Shown: positions 19,797 through 28,994 of the stretch, piece after piece | Layout: each line of letters opens with the position of its first letter | Numbering within the stretch: the stretch's first letter is position 1 | Assembly (NCBI GenBank): GCA_964576435.1 | Contig: CAZNUP010000001.1 | Location: forward strand, 226,345 to 290,344 | Length of the DNA: 64,000 nucleotides | Direction: 5' to 3' | Origin: an uncultured Gammaproteobacteria bacterium | GTDB lineage: Bacteria; Patescibacteriota; Microgenomatia; JAMCZE01 | Program-made: the position numbers and the translations under genes | The notes under the pieces: generated by a model | Databases searched by the model: none | What the model saw: only the letters and a program-made list of their open reading frames with translations | Told to the model about the DNA's origin: nothing

Positions 19797-20357
19797 TTAT
19801 TTAGCTCCAGCGGCTCCGGCAGCTTTTGCTGCTTTTCCAGCTTTCTTGCGAACCACTTCGCCAACATATCTAATTCCTTTTCCTTTGTATGGTTCTGGTG
19901 GTCTTACTCTTCTAATTTGTGCTGCAGTTTCTCCGACCGCCTGTTTATCAATTCCTTTTACATTTATTTTTGTATTTTCAGAAACTTCAAATGTTATGCC
20001 ATTTGGTGCTGGATATTTAACTGGATGAGAAAACCCTACATTAAGAACTAATGTTGTCCCAGAGACTTCCGCTCTATAACCAACTCCAACTAATTCAAGT
20101 CCCTTGTTCCATCCTTGTGAGACACCCATTACAGTGTTTTCCACAAGTGTCCTTGTAAGACCATGTAACGATTTTGCTTTTGCGGTTTCTGAAACTCTCT
20201 CAATTAAAAGGTTTTTGTCTTCAACTGTAACTTTAACTTCTGGTCTAATTTCCAAATTCAAACTACCTTTTGGCCCAGTCGCAGATAGAACATTTCCGTC
20301 CATTTTTACTGTGACGCCTTCGGGAATTTTAACTGGTTTTTTTCCTATTCTAGACAT
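19797..20357 (-). CDS. rplF: 50S ribosomal protein L6
   Basis: [25 protein letters not shown]. Confidence 0.96.
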   Translation of the reverse strand: MSRIGKKPVKIPEGVTVKMDGNVLSATGPKGSLNLEIRPEVKVTVEDKNLLIERVSETAKAKSLHGLTRTLVENTVMGVSQGWNKGLELVGVGYRAEVSGTTLVLNVGFSHPVKYPAPNGITFEVSENTKINVKGIDKQAVGETAAQIRRVRPPEPYKGKGIRYVGEVVRKKAGKAAKAAGAAGAK

Positions 20358-20361
20358 ATGT

Positions 20362-20742
20362 TTACCAAATTTCACAAATAACTTCGCCGCCTAAGCCCTT
20401 TTTCTTAGCTTCCTTAGCTGTCATTATTCCTGATGGTGTTGAAATAACTGCTGTCCCAAGTCCTCCCAAGACTCTTGGTAATTCATTTTTCCTAACGTAA
20501 ATTCTAAGGCTTGGTTTACTGACTCTTTTAACATCAGTCATAGCAGGAATCTTTTGATTATATTTAAGTTTTAGTGTCATCATGTTGCCATCAACCTGTT
20601 TCTCGCCAACATAGCCTTCTTTAATAAGGACGTCAGTAATTGTTTCTTTAAGCTTTGACCAAGGTAAAGCCACATCACTTCTACCGGCCATATAGCCATT
20701 TTTTATGCGAATGAGTAAATCTGATACTGGATCGTTTACCAT
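20362..20742 (-). CDS. rpsH: 30S ribosomal protein S8
   Basis: [28 protein letters not shown]. Confidence 0.96.
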   Translation of the reverse strand: MVNDPVSDLLIRIKNGYMAGRSDVALPWSKLKETITDVLIKEGYVGEKQVDGNMMTLKLKYNQKIPAMTDVKRVSKPSLRIYVRKNELPRVLGGLGTAVISTPSGIMTAKEAKKKGLGGEVICEIW

Positions 20743-20921
20743 GATGCTCTTACAACTCCTGGAAGTTCACCCTTATGGGCAAGTTCCCGGAAACAAAGTC
20801 TACATAACCCAAATTTCCTAATATATGCTCTGCTTCTACCACACAACTTACATCGATTCTTTTGGCGAACCGAAAATTTTGGTTCTGCGTTAGTTTTTAC
20901 AACTGATGCTTTTCTTGCCAT
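20736..20921 (-). CDS. rpsN: 30S ribosomal protein S14, Zn-binding type
   Basis: RCKLCGR..CRLCFRE; 61 aa from MARK. Confidence 0.95.
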   Translation of the reverse strand: MARKASVVKTNAEPKFSVRQKNRCKLCGRSRAYIRKFGLCRLCFRELAHKGELPGVVRASW

Positions 20922-20925
20922 ATGT

Positions 20926-21465
20926 TTAAACTTTTTCAAAAGGCATACCTAAACTTTTGAGAAGTGCCTTTCCTTCTTCGTCATTTTTTGCTGTTGTCGT
21001 TATGGTTATCTCTAAGCCCCGTATTTTATCAATTTTTGAATAATCTATCTCTGGGAAAACGATCTGTTCTTTAAATCCAAGAGAATAGTTTCCTCTGCCA
21101 TCAAAACTCTTTAATGGAACTCCTCTGAAATCTCGAACTCTAGGAAAAACGATTTTAATAAGTTTTTCCAAAAATTCATACATCCTTTTTCCTCTTAAAG
21201 TAACTGCAACTCCAATTGGCATTCCTTCTCTAAGTTTGAAGTTAGCAATTGATTTTGTAGAAATTCTTGTTGATGGTTTCTGTCCGGCTATTGCCCCAAC
21301 TTGATCTGAAACTGCGTCAATGACCTTTTTGTCAGAAACTGCTTCCTTAACTCCAACATTGATAATAATCTTAGAAAGTCTTGGAACTGCCATTACATTT
21401 TCGAATTTTAACTCGTCTTGTAATTTCTTTATAAGTTCTTGATTGTATGTGTCTTGTAAATTCAT
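20926..21465 (-). CDS. rplE: 50S ribosomal protein L5
   Basis: [26 protein letters not shown]. Confidence 0.96.
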   Translation of the reverse strand: MNLQDTYNQELIKKLQDELKFENVMAVPRLSKIIINVGVKEAVSDKKVIDAVSDQVGAIAGQKPSTRISTKSIANFKLREGMPIGVAVTLRGKRMYEFLEKLIKIVFPRVRDFRGVPLKSFDGRGNYSLGFKEQIVFPEIDYSKIDKIRGLEITITTTAKNDEEGKALLKSLGMPFEKV

Positions 21466-21473
21466 ATTTTTAA

Positions 21474-21779
21474 CTAAATTTCTGCTTCACATTTTCTACA
21501 AATTCTAACTTTTCCATCTTTAACTATTTTGTAACCAATTCTTGTTTCTTTTTTGCATTTTGGACAAATTAAAGAAACGTTAGAAACTGAGAGTGGGCGG
21601 GGGAGTTCTTTAATTTCTCCCTTTTGACCCTCTGCTCTTGGTTTAAGGTGTCTTTTGTAAAGGTTGACTCCAAGAATAGTTACTTTGTTTTCTTTAAGCC
21701 AAACTTTCTCAACAGAACCTTCCTTACCTTTATCTTTTCCTGCTGTTATTTTTACTTTGTCGCCTTTTTTAAGTTTCAT
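21474..21779 (-). CDS. rplX: 50S ribosomal protein L24
   Basis: KKGDKV..GKDKGK KOW motif; CPKC..CRKC. Confidence 0.95.
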   Translation of the reverse strand: MKLKKGDKVKITAGKDKGKEGSVEKVWLKENKVTILGVNLYKRHLKPRAEGQKGEIKELPRPLSVSNVSLICPKCKKETRIGYKIVKDGKVRICRKCEAEI

Positions 21780-21789
21780 ATATTTGTTT

Positions 21790-22164
21790 TTAGATAACTT
21801 CTCCTGCCATTGATACTATTTTGTTAAATCCTTTGTCTTTAAGTTCTCTTGCTACTGGTCCAAAAACTCTAGATCCAATTGGATCTTTGTTCTCTAAATT
21901 AGTAATAACTACTCCTGCATTGTCATCGAATCTAATATAACTTCCGTCTTTTCTCTTTGATTCCTTGTGTGCTCTAACTAAAACTACATATACCATTTCA
22001 GAATCTTTAACCATTCCGTTTGGATCTGCTCCATCAACGACGCATCTGACAATGTCTCCAAGATATGACATCTTTCTTGTAGATCCAACATACAAGTGAA
22101 TGACCCTGAGCTTATGAGCTCCCGTATTGTCAGCAACTTTTAAAACTGTTTTTCTTTGAATCAT
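21790..22164 (-). CDS. rplN: 50S ribosomal protein L14
   Basis: VADNTGA, IRFDDNA, RVFGPVAREL. Confidence 0.96.
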   Translation of the reverse strand: MIQRKTVLKVADNTGAHKLRVIHLYVGSTRKMSYLGDIVRCVVDGADPNGMVKDSEMVYVVLVRAHKESKRKDGSYIRFDDNAGVVITNLENKDPIGSRVFGPVARELKDKGFNKIVSMAGEVI

Positions 22165-22167
22165 TTT

Positions 22168-22395
22168 TTAGATTTTCTTATTTACTTTAAAATGTTTACT
22201 TTTGCTATATGGTTTTGTTTTGATAAGTTCGACTTGATCGCCTTCTTTTATTTCAGGTAATTCGTTGTGAGCCATAATCTTGGTAAGCTTCTTAAGCACT
22301 TTCTTATATTTTGGGTGCTTTTGAAAATATACAATCTCTACAACTACTGTGTCTTTTGTTTTAGCGCTAATAACTGTTCCTTCAAAAATCTGCAT
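22168..22395 (-). CDS. rpsQ: 30S ribosomal protein S17
   Basis: HPKYKK, AHNE, KPYSKSK; expected operon position. Confidence 0.93.
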   Translation of the reverse strand: MQIFEGTVISAKTKDTVVVEIVYFQKHPKYKKVLKKLTKIMAHNELPEIKEGDQVELIKTKPYSKSKHFKVNKKI

Positions 22396-22397
22396 AC

Positions 22398-22562
22398 TTA
22401 TTTTTTAATATTTAACTCCGTCAATTTTCTAGCTAATTGTTTTTTCAAATTCTTTGCCATATTTGTGTTTTTAGCTCTCCTTGTTGATATTTCCATCTCT
22501 GCCTTTGCAATTTGCATTCTGAGCTCGTCAACATTTGTGTTATTTGAATCTTTCTTTTTCAT
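22398..22562 (-). CDS. rpmC: 50S ribosomal protein L29 (54 aa, below ORF-track cutoff)
   Basis: MKKKDSNNTNVDELRMQIAKAEMEISTRRAKNTNMAKNLKKQLARKLTELNIKK between rplP and rpsQ, with a TAATG overlap. Confidence 0.85.
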   Translation of the reverse strand: MKKKDSNNTNVDELRMQIAKAEMEISTRRAKNTNMAKNLKKQLARKLTELNIKK

Positions 22563-22981
22563 TATTGTTCTTTTGAAATAAATCTAGTTTTTACTGATAA
22601 TTTGTGTCCAGCTCTTCTAATTGCTTCTTGGGCTTGATCTTTTGCAAGTCCACCCATTTCAAAAAGAATAAGTCCTGGTTTAACAATTGCTACGTATTCA
22701 TTAATTTCTCCTTTTCCGCCTCCTCCGCGGTGATCGAGTGGTTGCTTAGAGACTGGCTTGTCAGGAAATATTCTAATCCAAACTCTGCCACCCTTGGCTG
22801 TAAAATGTGTCAATGTTTTTCTTGCTGATTCAATTTGTTTTGAACTAACTCTTCCTCGCGTTTCAGCTAAAATTCCAAATTCTCCGAATGAAAGTGATGA
22901 TCCTCTTTGTGCAAGCCCAGGCATCTGTCCTTTAAACATTTTCCTGTGCTTCATTCTCTTTGGTTGTAAAACTGCTGGCAT
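22562..22981 (-). CDS. rplP: 50S ribosomal protein L16
   Basis: LQPKRMKHRK, QIESAR, WIRIFPDKP; start at MPAVLQ. Confidence 0.96.
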   Translation of the reverse strand: MPAVLQPKRMKHRKMFKGQMPGLAQRGSSLSFGEFGILAETRGRVSSKQIESARKTLTHFTAKGGRVWIRIFPDKPVSKQPLDHRGGGGKGEINEYVAIVKPGLILFEMGGLAKDQAQEAIRRAGHKLSVKTRFISKEQ

Positions 22982-22983
22982 GT

Positions 22984-23676
22984 TTATTTGATACTGCTTT
23001 CTATAACTTTGTCGTTTGTTTCTTTCTTTGGTTCCGGTAAGCAAATCCAAACTTTGACTCCAATGTATCCTGATCTTGTGTAAGCAGGAACTGCTGCAAA
23101 GTCAATTCTTTCTTTAACACTTGAGAGGGGAATAATCCCTTGTTGGCTATGTTCAACTCGAGCAATTTCTGCTCCGTTAATTCTTCCTCCAAGCCTGATT
23201 CGAACTCCTCTTGCCCCAGACGTCATTACTTTTTCAATTGATTGCTTAACAACTCTCTTAGATGGCAATCTCTTTGCAAGTTGATCAGCAATTGATGTAG
23301 CAACTAAGTATGCGTCTAGGTTTGGTTCCTTAACTGGTTCTACTTTAAGATCAACTTTAGGTGCATTTTTATCGTTTTCTTTAATTTTTAATAGATTTTC
23401 AACAATATATTTCTTCAAATCGTCTGATCCAGATCCACCTCTGCCAATTACAACACCTGGTCTAGAAACATAAGCAATAATTGTAATTCTATTAATTGAT
23501 CTTTCAATTTCTACTCTAGCAACCCCCGCTGGTTTAAGCTTGAGCATCAGTGCTTTTCTAAGCTTTGCATCTTCAAGAACAAGTGTGCTGTACATTTTTG
23601 GTGATGCAAACCACCTAGATGTCCAGGTATAAACTGGTCCGAGTCTAAATGCTATTGGATGAATCTTATTTCCCAT
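22984..23676 (-). CDS. rpsC: 30S ribosomal protein S3
   Basis: MGNKIHPIAFRLG, PGVVIGRGG, GRINGAEIAR. Confidence 0.96.
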   Translation of the reverse strand: MGNKIHPIAFRLGPVYTWTSRWFASPKMYSTLVLEDAKLRKALMLKLKPAGVARVEIERSINRITIIAYVSRPGVVIGRGGSGSDDLKKYIVENLLKIKENDKNAPKVDLKVEPVKEPNLDAYLVATSIADQLAKRLPSKRVVKQSIEKVMTSGARGVRIRLGGRINGAEIARVEHSQQGIIPLSSVKERIDFAAVPAYTRSGYIGVKVWICLPEPKKETNDKVIESSIK

Positions 23677-23682
23677 ATCTTT

Positions 23683-24006
23683 TTAGCCTTCTAAAACTAC
23701 TGTTATATTACTTGTCTTCTTTTGAATGACGCCTCCACCATATCTTGCGCCGTGACTCTTGTCTCTTCTCTTCATCTTTATTCCTTCATCAATAATTATG
23801 TTTTTAATTTTTAATTTACTTTCTTCCATTTTTGAATTTGCAACAGCTGATTTCAGTGTTTTCAAAATTTCAGCTGCACCATTTTTTGTCGAAAAAGCTA
23901 ATTTTTCTAAAGCTTCAACAACTGATAATTTTTTGGTACTAGTTGCAACTTCCCTAAGTTTCCTTGGGCTAATTCTGACTGATTTTGATTTTGCAACTGC
24001 TTCCAT
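23683..24006 (-). CDS. rplV: 50S ribosomal protein L22
   Basis: VRISPRKLR, LKSAVAN, KKTSNITV. Confidence 0.94.
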   Translation of the reverse strand: MEAVAKSKSVRISPRKLREVATSTKKLSVVEALEKLAFSTKNGAAEILKTLKSAVANSKMEESKLKIKNIIIDEGIKMKRRDKSHGARYGGGVIQKKTSNITVVLEG

Positions 24007-24012
24007 AAATTT

Positions 24013-24297
24013 TTAAGTTTTACTAACAATTCGAGCAACAATTTTTCCGTGTCCTCTAAATGTTCTAGACGGTGCAAATTCTCCAAGTCTGTGTCCAACC
24101 ATTGCTTCAGTGATGAAAACTGGAATATGTACGCGTCCGTTATGAATACCAAGTGTTACTCCCACAAATTCTGGTGCTATTTGCGAATCCCTCGCCCATG
24201 TTTTAATAGGGGACTTTTCGCCAGTATTTTTAGCTACCTGAATTTTCTTCAGTAATTTGGCATCTACATATGGTCCTTTTTTACTTGATCTAGCCAT
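24013..24297 (-). CDS. rpsS: 30S ribosomal protein S19
   Basis: [23 protein letters not shown]. Confidence 0.96.
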   Translation of the reverse strand: MARSSKKGPYVDAKLLKKIQVAKNTGEKSPIKTWARDSQIAPEFVGVTLGIHNGRVHIPVFITEAMVGHRLGEFAPSRTFRGHGKIVARIVSKT

Positions 24298-25121
24298 TAT
24301 TTCCTTCTTTCCAAAATATATTTATCACTATGTTTTCCTTTTTTCCTTGTTCTAAGACCACGAGCTGGTTTACCCCATGGTGTCTTTGGTTGTTTAAGTC
24401 CTTCGCCACTTCTACCTTCTCCGCCTCCATGTGGATGGGATCTTGGGTTCATTGCTGTTCCTCGAACTGTTGGTCTAATTCCCTTGTGTCTATTTCTTCC
24501 CGCTTTTCCAATAACAACATTCTTCCATTCAATATTTCCAAGTGATCCGACAGTTGCTAAGTTCTCTTTACTGACAAGTCTTTGTTCACCAGATGGGAGT
24601 TTAATTGTAACATAATCTCCCTCTTTAGAAAGTATAGTGGCGCCATTTCCAGCTCCCCTAACAAGCACTCCACCTTGGCCTTTAGAAAGTTCAATATTGT
24701 GAATTACAGTTCCAATAGGCATGCGGGCTAGGGTAGTGGCATTGCCGAGTTTCACTTCTGCATTAAGTCCTGACATTACTGTGTCTCCGACCTTGAGTCC
24801 TTCTGGATGTAAAATATATCTCTTAGATCCGTCAGGATAATTTATTAAAGCAATATTTGCAGTTCTATTTGGATCGTATTCCACTGAAACAACAATCCCT
24901 TGAATGTCGAATTTGTCTCTCTTGAAGTCAATTTGTCTGTAATATCTCTTTTGTCTTCCACCTTGGTGACGAACAGAAACATGTCCAAAAGCATCTCGTC
25001 CTGAATTCTTTGGCAAGATTTCTGTCAAAGACTTTTCTGGTTCAGATGTGGTTATAGTGGCCTTGAAATCAAGTCCAGTCAAAAATCTTCTACTGAGTGA
25101 ATTTCTATATGTTTTAAGCAT
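24297..25121 (-). CDS. rplB: 50S ribosomal protein L2
   Basis: [28 protein letters not shown]. Confidence 0.97.
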   Translation of the reverse strand: MLKTYRNSLSRRFLTGLDFKATITTSEPEKSLTEILPKNSGRDAFGHVSVRHQGGRQKRYYRQIDFKRDKFDIQGIVVSVEYDPNRTANIALINYPDGSKRYILHPEGLKVGDTVMSGLNAEVKLGNATTLARMPIGTVIHNIELSKGQGGVLVRGAGNGATILSKEGDYVTIKLPSGEQRLVSKENLATVGSLGNIEWKNVVIGKAGRNRHKGIRPTVRGTAMNPRSHPHGGGEGRSGEGLKQPKTPWGKPARGLRTRKKGKHSDKYILERRK

Positions 25122-25416
25122 TTGGTTTTTGATCAGCTATATCAAATAAATCTATTTTTTCTCCAGCTTTAAGTTTGACAACTGCTTTTTTCCAATCACT
25201 TTGTGTAACTAATTTTCTTGATCTAGCAGATCTTTTAGTTTTTCCTTTAACATTCATAGTTTGAACTGAAACAGGATTAACTTTGAAAGATTCTTTTACT
25301 GCCTGCATAACCTCGGCTTTATTTGCTGATTTCAAAACTTGAAAAGCAAATTTGCCAATAGCAGCTTCGTTCATTGATTTTTCAGTAATGATTGGTCTAA
25401 TTAAGATTGTGTTCAT
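25114..25416 (-). CDS. rplW: 50S ribosomal protein L23
   Basis: PIITEKS, ANKAEV, WKKAVVKL. Confidence 0.95.
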   Translation of the reverse strand: MNTILIRPIITEKSMNEAAIGKFAFQVLKSANKAEVMQAVKESFKVNPVSVQTMNVKGKTKRSARSRKLVTQSDWKKAVVKLKAGEKIDLFDIADQKPNA

Positions 25417-26105
25417 TTTGTTTTCTTAGCTGCTGCTTTTTTAACAACTGGTTTTTTTGTAACTTCTTTTTTAACTTTTGATTCTTGAACTGTCTTAGCT
25501 TCCTTTACTTCAACTTTTTCTTCTTTAACTACTTTTGTTTCTTTCATTTCCAAGGCTTCTTCCATGATAATTATTTTGTCAGCTCTCAAAATTTCGTACA
25601 CATTAACTTGGTTCATTGGTAAGACTTCAACTCCTTGAATATTTCTAGCTGCTCGGTAAACATTTTCTCTATACATGTCAGTAACAATTAATGGTTTCTT
25701 TGTTGTAATAAATTCAGCAATATCTTTTGTCTTCCCAGAAAGTTTAGCCATATCTGAAAAGACAACAACTTCACCAGCTCTATTCTTAGATGAAAATGCA
25801 CTCGCTACTGCTTGTTTTCTCATTTTGTCAGAGAGGGTTAGTGAGTGATCTCTTGGTTTTGGTGCAAATGCAATACCTCCACCAACAAAGATTGGGGCTT
25901 TTCTATCTCCATGTCGAGCATTGCCTGATCCCTTTTGTTTTTGATACTTCTTTCGTGTTTTTGCAACTTCTGCTCTTGTCAAAGCACTTTGTGTTCCTTG
26001 TCTTTGATTTGCAAGATAAACTCGAACTGCTTGTGCCACAAGTTGTGGGTTTTCAGTTGTGTTAAACATTTCTTTAGGTAGTGTTGGTTTGTCTACTAAT
26101 TTCAT
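25413..26105 (-). CDS. rplD: 50S ribosomal protein L4 with Lys-rich tail
   Basis: RQGTQSALTRAEV, QKGSGNARHG, GGGIAFAPKPR. Confidence 0.95.
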   Translation of the reverse strand: MKLVDKPTLPKEMFNTTENPQLVAQAVRVYLANQRQGTQSALTRAEVAKTRKKYQKQKGSGNARHGDRKAPIFVGGGIAFAPKPRDHSLTLSDKMRKQAVASAFSSKNRAGEVVVFSDMAKLSGKTKDIAEFITTKKPLIVTDMYRENVYRAARNIQGVEVLPMNQVNVYEILRADKIIIMEEALEMKETKVVKEEKVEVKEAKTVQESKVKKEVTKKPVVKKAAAKKTK

Positions 26106-26680
26106 ATTTTTGTAATTGTCAAAAGTCCTCCATTATTTCCAGGAACTAAACCTCTAACTAAAATCAAATTTTCTTCAGGTAATATTTTGAAAACTTCCAA
26201 ATTTCGAACTGTTGCTATTCCTGTTCCCATGTGTCCTGCCATTTTCTTTCCTTTAAAAACTCTTCCCGGTGTAGTTGTTGATCCAATTGATCCAGGATGT
26301 CTTGGTCTAACTGATTGTCCATGAGTTGCTGGTCCACCATGAAATCCGTGTCTCTTCATGACACCAGCAAAACCCTTACCAATGGTTGTTCCAGAAACTT
26401 TGATTTTATCTCCAGGATTAAAAACGTCGGCAATTGCTATTTTTGTGCCGAATTCTTTTGGTTCTTCGCTTGGTGATTTTTTGATGTATTTTGGAGTAAT
26501 TTGGAGATCTTTAAGTTGTCCTTTGAGAGCTTTAGAAGGGTGTTTTTTAGATCCGAATACAACTTGATTATTAGTTATTACAGTCATTGGTTCAACAAAA
26601 ACAAACGTGACAGGAATTCGCATTCCTTGTGCGTCATAGTCTTGTCCTTGTTTTTGTTTGATTCCGTAAAACTTGTTCAT
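26102..26680 (-). CDS. rplC: 50S ribosomal protein L3
   Basis: GKGFAGVMKRHGF, PGSIG, GKKMAGHMG. Confidence 0.96.
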   Translation of the reverse strand: MNKFYGIKQKQGQDYDAQGMRIPVTFVFVEPMTVITNNQVVFGSKKHPSKALKGQLKDLQITPKYIKKSPSEEPKEFGTKIAIADVFNPGDKIKVSGTTIGKGFAGVMKRHGFHGGPATHGQSVRPRHPGSIGSTTTPGRVFKGKKMAGHMGTGIATVRNLEVFKILPEENLILVRGLVPGNNGGLLTITKI

Positions 26681-26810
26681 AGACAACAAAAAAGTCCCGG
26701 AACGGGACTCAATTTAATGAGTTTTCCCTACTTCCGACTAACAATTGTTAGTGAGTTTAGGTCTCAGTAACATTAGGCTCTATTTTACAATAGAAATGAG
26801 GAAAAATCAA
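26681..26810 (-). promoter_or_regulatory. rplC promoter and structured 5' leader
   Basis: TTGATT-17-TAAAAT (26810-26782), then a leader ending in the hairpin AGTCCCG-TTC-CGGGACT plus a U-tract just before the ATG. Confidence 0.65.
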
Positions 26811-26856
26811 CTGAAGTGGTGGTTCTCACTAGGAAACGCCTCACCTGCTCACAAAG

Positions 26857-27297
26857 CTATCTCAGATTAGGTAGAAACTCAGGATCTTTTACATCTCTTT
26901 TTATGGTTTGAGAATGTGCAACAACTTCAGCTAGTGTAATTTTTGGGTCGTTTACAATAAGTTGAACCGCATAGACTTGGCCCGCACCAACATCTTCGTG
27001 TGTTTTTATTTCAACTCCAAGCTTTCGTAGGCCATCTTTTTGGTCATGAAGTCTAAGTGCGGGTGTAGAAGATATATATTTTTTAGTAATCTCGTTTGCG
27101 CGATTTAGCTGGTCTACTAGATAACTGCCTTTAATTTGTAGGGCCTCGTCCCATTTTTTTGATTGCCTATCGCTCTCAGCTGCAATATGTTCTTGGAATG
27201 TTTGACGAGGGTTATATTTATCTTTTTCAAGTTCAGATTCAACTTGCGGAATATCGTGGGTTATTCTGTCAATTTCACTTATCGAAGTCTCGGGCAT
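26857..27297 (-). CDS. hypothetical protein between rpsJ and rplC
   Basis: Soluble ORF from MPETSISE. ATG 27297 lies 6 nt after TATATT; the longer N-terminus would overlap rpsJ. Confidence 0.7.
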   Translation of the reverse strand: MPETSISEIDRITHDIPQVESELEKDKYNPRQTFQEHIAAESDRQSKKWDEALQIKGSYLVDQLNRANEITKKYISSTPALRLHDQKDGLRKLGVEIKTHEDVGAGQVYAVQLIVNDPKITLAEVVAHSQTIKRDVKDPEFLPNLR

Positions 27298-27316
27298 ACT
27301 AAAAATATACAATAAA

Positions 27317-27625
27317 CTACATCTTAATCTCAATATCCACACCCGCTGGGAGTTCAAGGTGCATGAGTGAATCAATTGTTTTGTCTGTAGGTTCAAGGAT
27401 ATCAATTAGTCTTTTGTGAACTTTAAGGTAAAAATGTTCTTGGGAATTTTTATCAGTGAAAGGGGATTGGTCAACTGTTATAAGTGAAGTGTCTGTTGGT
27501 AAGGGGACTGGACCCACAACTGAAGCACCAGTCCTAATGGCGGCGTCAAGAATAATTTGACAGGTCGAATCAAGGACGCGACCGTCATAAGCTTTTAAAC
27601 GTACTCGAATTCTGCCTTTTGGCAT
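27317..27625 (-). CDS. rpsJ: 30S ribosomal protein S10
   Basis: IRVRLKAYD, GPVPLPT, HKRLIDI. Confidence 0.96.
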   Translation of the reverse strand: MPKGRIRVRLKAYDGRVLDSTCQIILDAAIRTGASVVGPVPLPTDTSLITVDQSPFTDKNSQEHFYLKVHKRLIDILEPTDKTIDSLMHLELPAGVDIEIKM

Positions 27626-27660
27626 TGGTCATTAATGACCCTCCCAAGTGGTCAAAGTGC

Positions 27661-27690
27661 AAAAGAAAAAGGCCGTTTGGCCCTTTTCTC
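27661..27690 (-). terminator. terminator-like hairpin after tuf
   Basis: GAAAAGGGCC-AAAC-GGCCTTTTTC followed by TTTT. Confidence 0.7.
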
Positions 27691-27708
27691 CTTAAGTTTT
27701 ATCTAACC

Positions 27709-28896
27709 TTAAGCTGTAATCTTAGAGACAACTCCTGCTCCAACTGTGTGTCCACCTTCTCGGACTGCGAATCGCATTCCTTCTTCGAGGGCCACTGGTT
27801 GAATGAGTTTAACTTTCATTTTTGCATTATCTCCAGGCATCACCATTTCGACGCCTTCTTGTAGTGTGACTTCACCAGTTACATCAGTCGTTCTGATATA
27901 AAACTGTGGTCTGTATCCACTAAAGAATGGAGTATGTCGTCCGCCTTCTTCTTTTGAAAGAATGTAAACTTCTGCTTCAAACTCAGTGTGTGGAGTAATA
28001 GATCCTGGCTTAGCCAAAACCTGTCCTCTTTCCACTTGGTCTTTTTCAACTCCTCGGAGTAAAAGTCCAACGTTATCTCCAGCTTGACCTTCATCAAGTT
28101 GTTTTCTGAACATTTCAACTCCGGTGACGACTGTCTTTTGAGTTGGTTTAAGCCCAACGATTTCAAGTTCTTCGTTGACCTTAACAACACCGCGCTCAAT
28201 TTTTCCAGTAACCACTGTTCCTCGACCTTTGATCGAGAAAACGTCTTCAACTGGCATAAGCATTGGCTTATCAAGTTCTCGAACTGGTGTTGGAACGTAT
28301 TCGTCAACAGCGTTCATAAGCTCCATGATTTTCTCTTCCATGGCGGCATCGCCTTCAAGAGCTTTAAGAGCTGAACCTTTGATAACTGGTGCTTTATCAC
28401 CATCGAATCCGTATTTAGTCAAAAGTTCTCGAACTTCGACTTCAACGAGATCCAAAAGTTCTGGATCAGATACCATGTCAACTTTATTAAGGAAGACAAC
28501 GATAGCTGGTACGTTAACTTGTTTGGCTAAGAGAAGATGTTCTCTTGTTTGTGCCATTGGACCATCAGCAGCGGACACGACCAAAATGGCTCCGTCAACT
28601 TGAGCGGCCCCAGTAATCATGTTCTTGATATAGTCAGCGTGACCTGGCATATCAATGTGTGCATAATGTCTTTTTTCTGTTTCGTACTCGACGTGAGTAA
28701 TGTTAATGGTGACTCCTCGAGCTTTTTCTTCTGGGGAGTTATCAATTTGATCATAAGCTCTAGCTTGGGCTAAACCCTTCTTTGCTAAAACTGTTGTAAT
28801 TGCGGAAGTTAATGTAGTCTTTCCATGGTCAACGTGACCCATGGTCCCAATATTAACGTGGGGCTTGTTTCGTGTGAATTTTGCTGCATCTGCCAT
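27709..28896 (-). CDS. tuf: elongation factor Tu
   Basis: [28 protein letters not shown]. Confidence 0.98.
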   Translation of the reverse strand: MADAAKFTRNKPHVNIGTMGHVDHGKTTLTSAITTVLAKKGLAQARAYDQIDNSPEEKARGVTINITHVEYETEKRHYAHIDMPGHADYIKNMITGAAQVDGAILVVSAADGPMAQTREHLLLAKQVNVPAIVVFLNKVDMVSDPELLDLVEVEVRELLTKYGFDGDKAPVIKGSALKALEGDAAMEEKIMELMNAVDEYVPTPVRELDKPMLMPVEDVFSIKGRGTVVTGKIERGVVKVNEELEIVGLKPTQKTVVTGVEMFRKQLDEGQAGDNVGLLLRGVEKDQVERGQVLAKPGSITPHTEFEAEVYILSKEEGGRHTPFFSGYRPQFYIRTTDVTGEVTLQEGVEMVMPGDNAKMKVKLIQPVALEEGMRFAVREGGHTVGAGVVSKITA

Positions 28897-28953
28897 ATGT
28901 TTTAAAAATTAAAATTTAGACAATAATTAACTACCTTTTGTCAAGGTTACTCA

Positions 28954-28982
28954 ATTATAAAGTAGGCTTGAGCTTGTTGCAA
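28954..28982 (-). promoter_or_regulatory. sigma70-type promoter of tuf
   Basis: TTGCAA-17 nt-TATAAT in the fusA-tuf spacer. Confidence 0.72.
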
Positions 28983-28994
28983 GGGGTAATTTTA

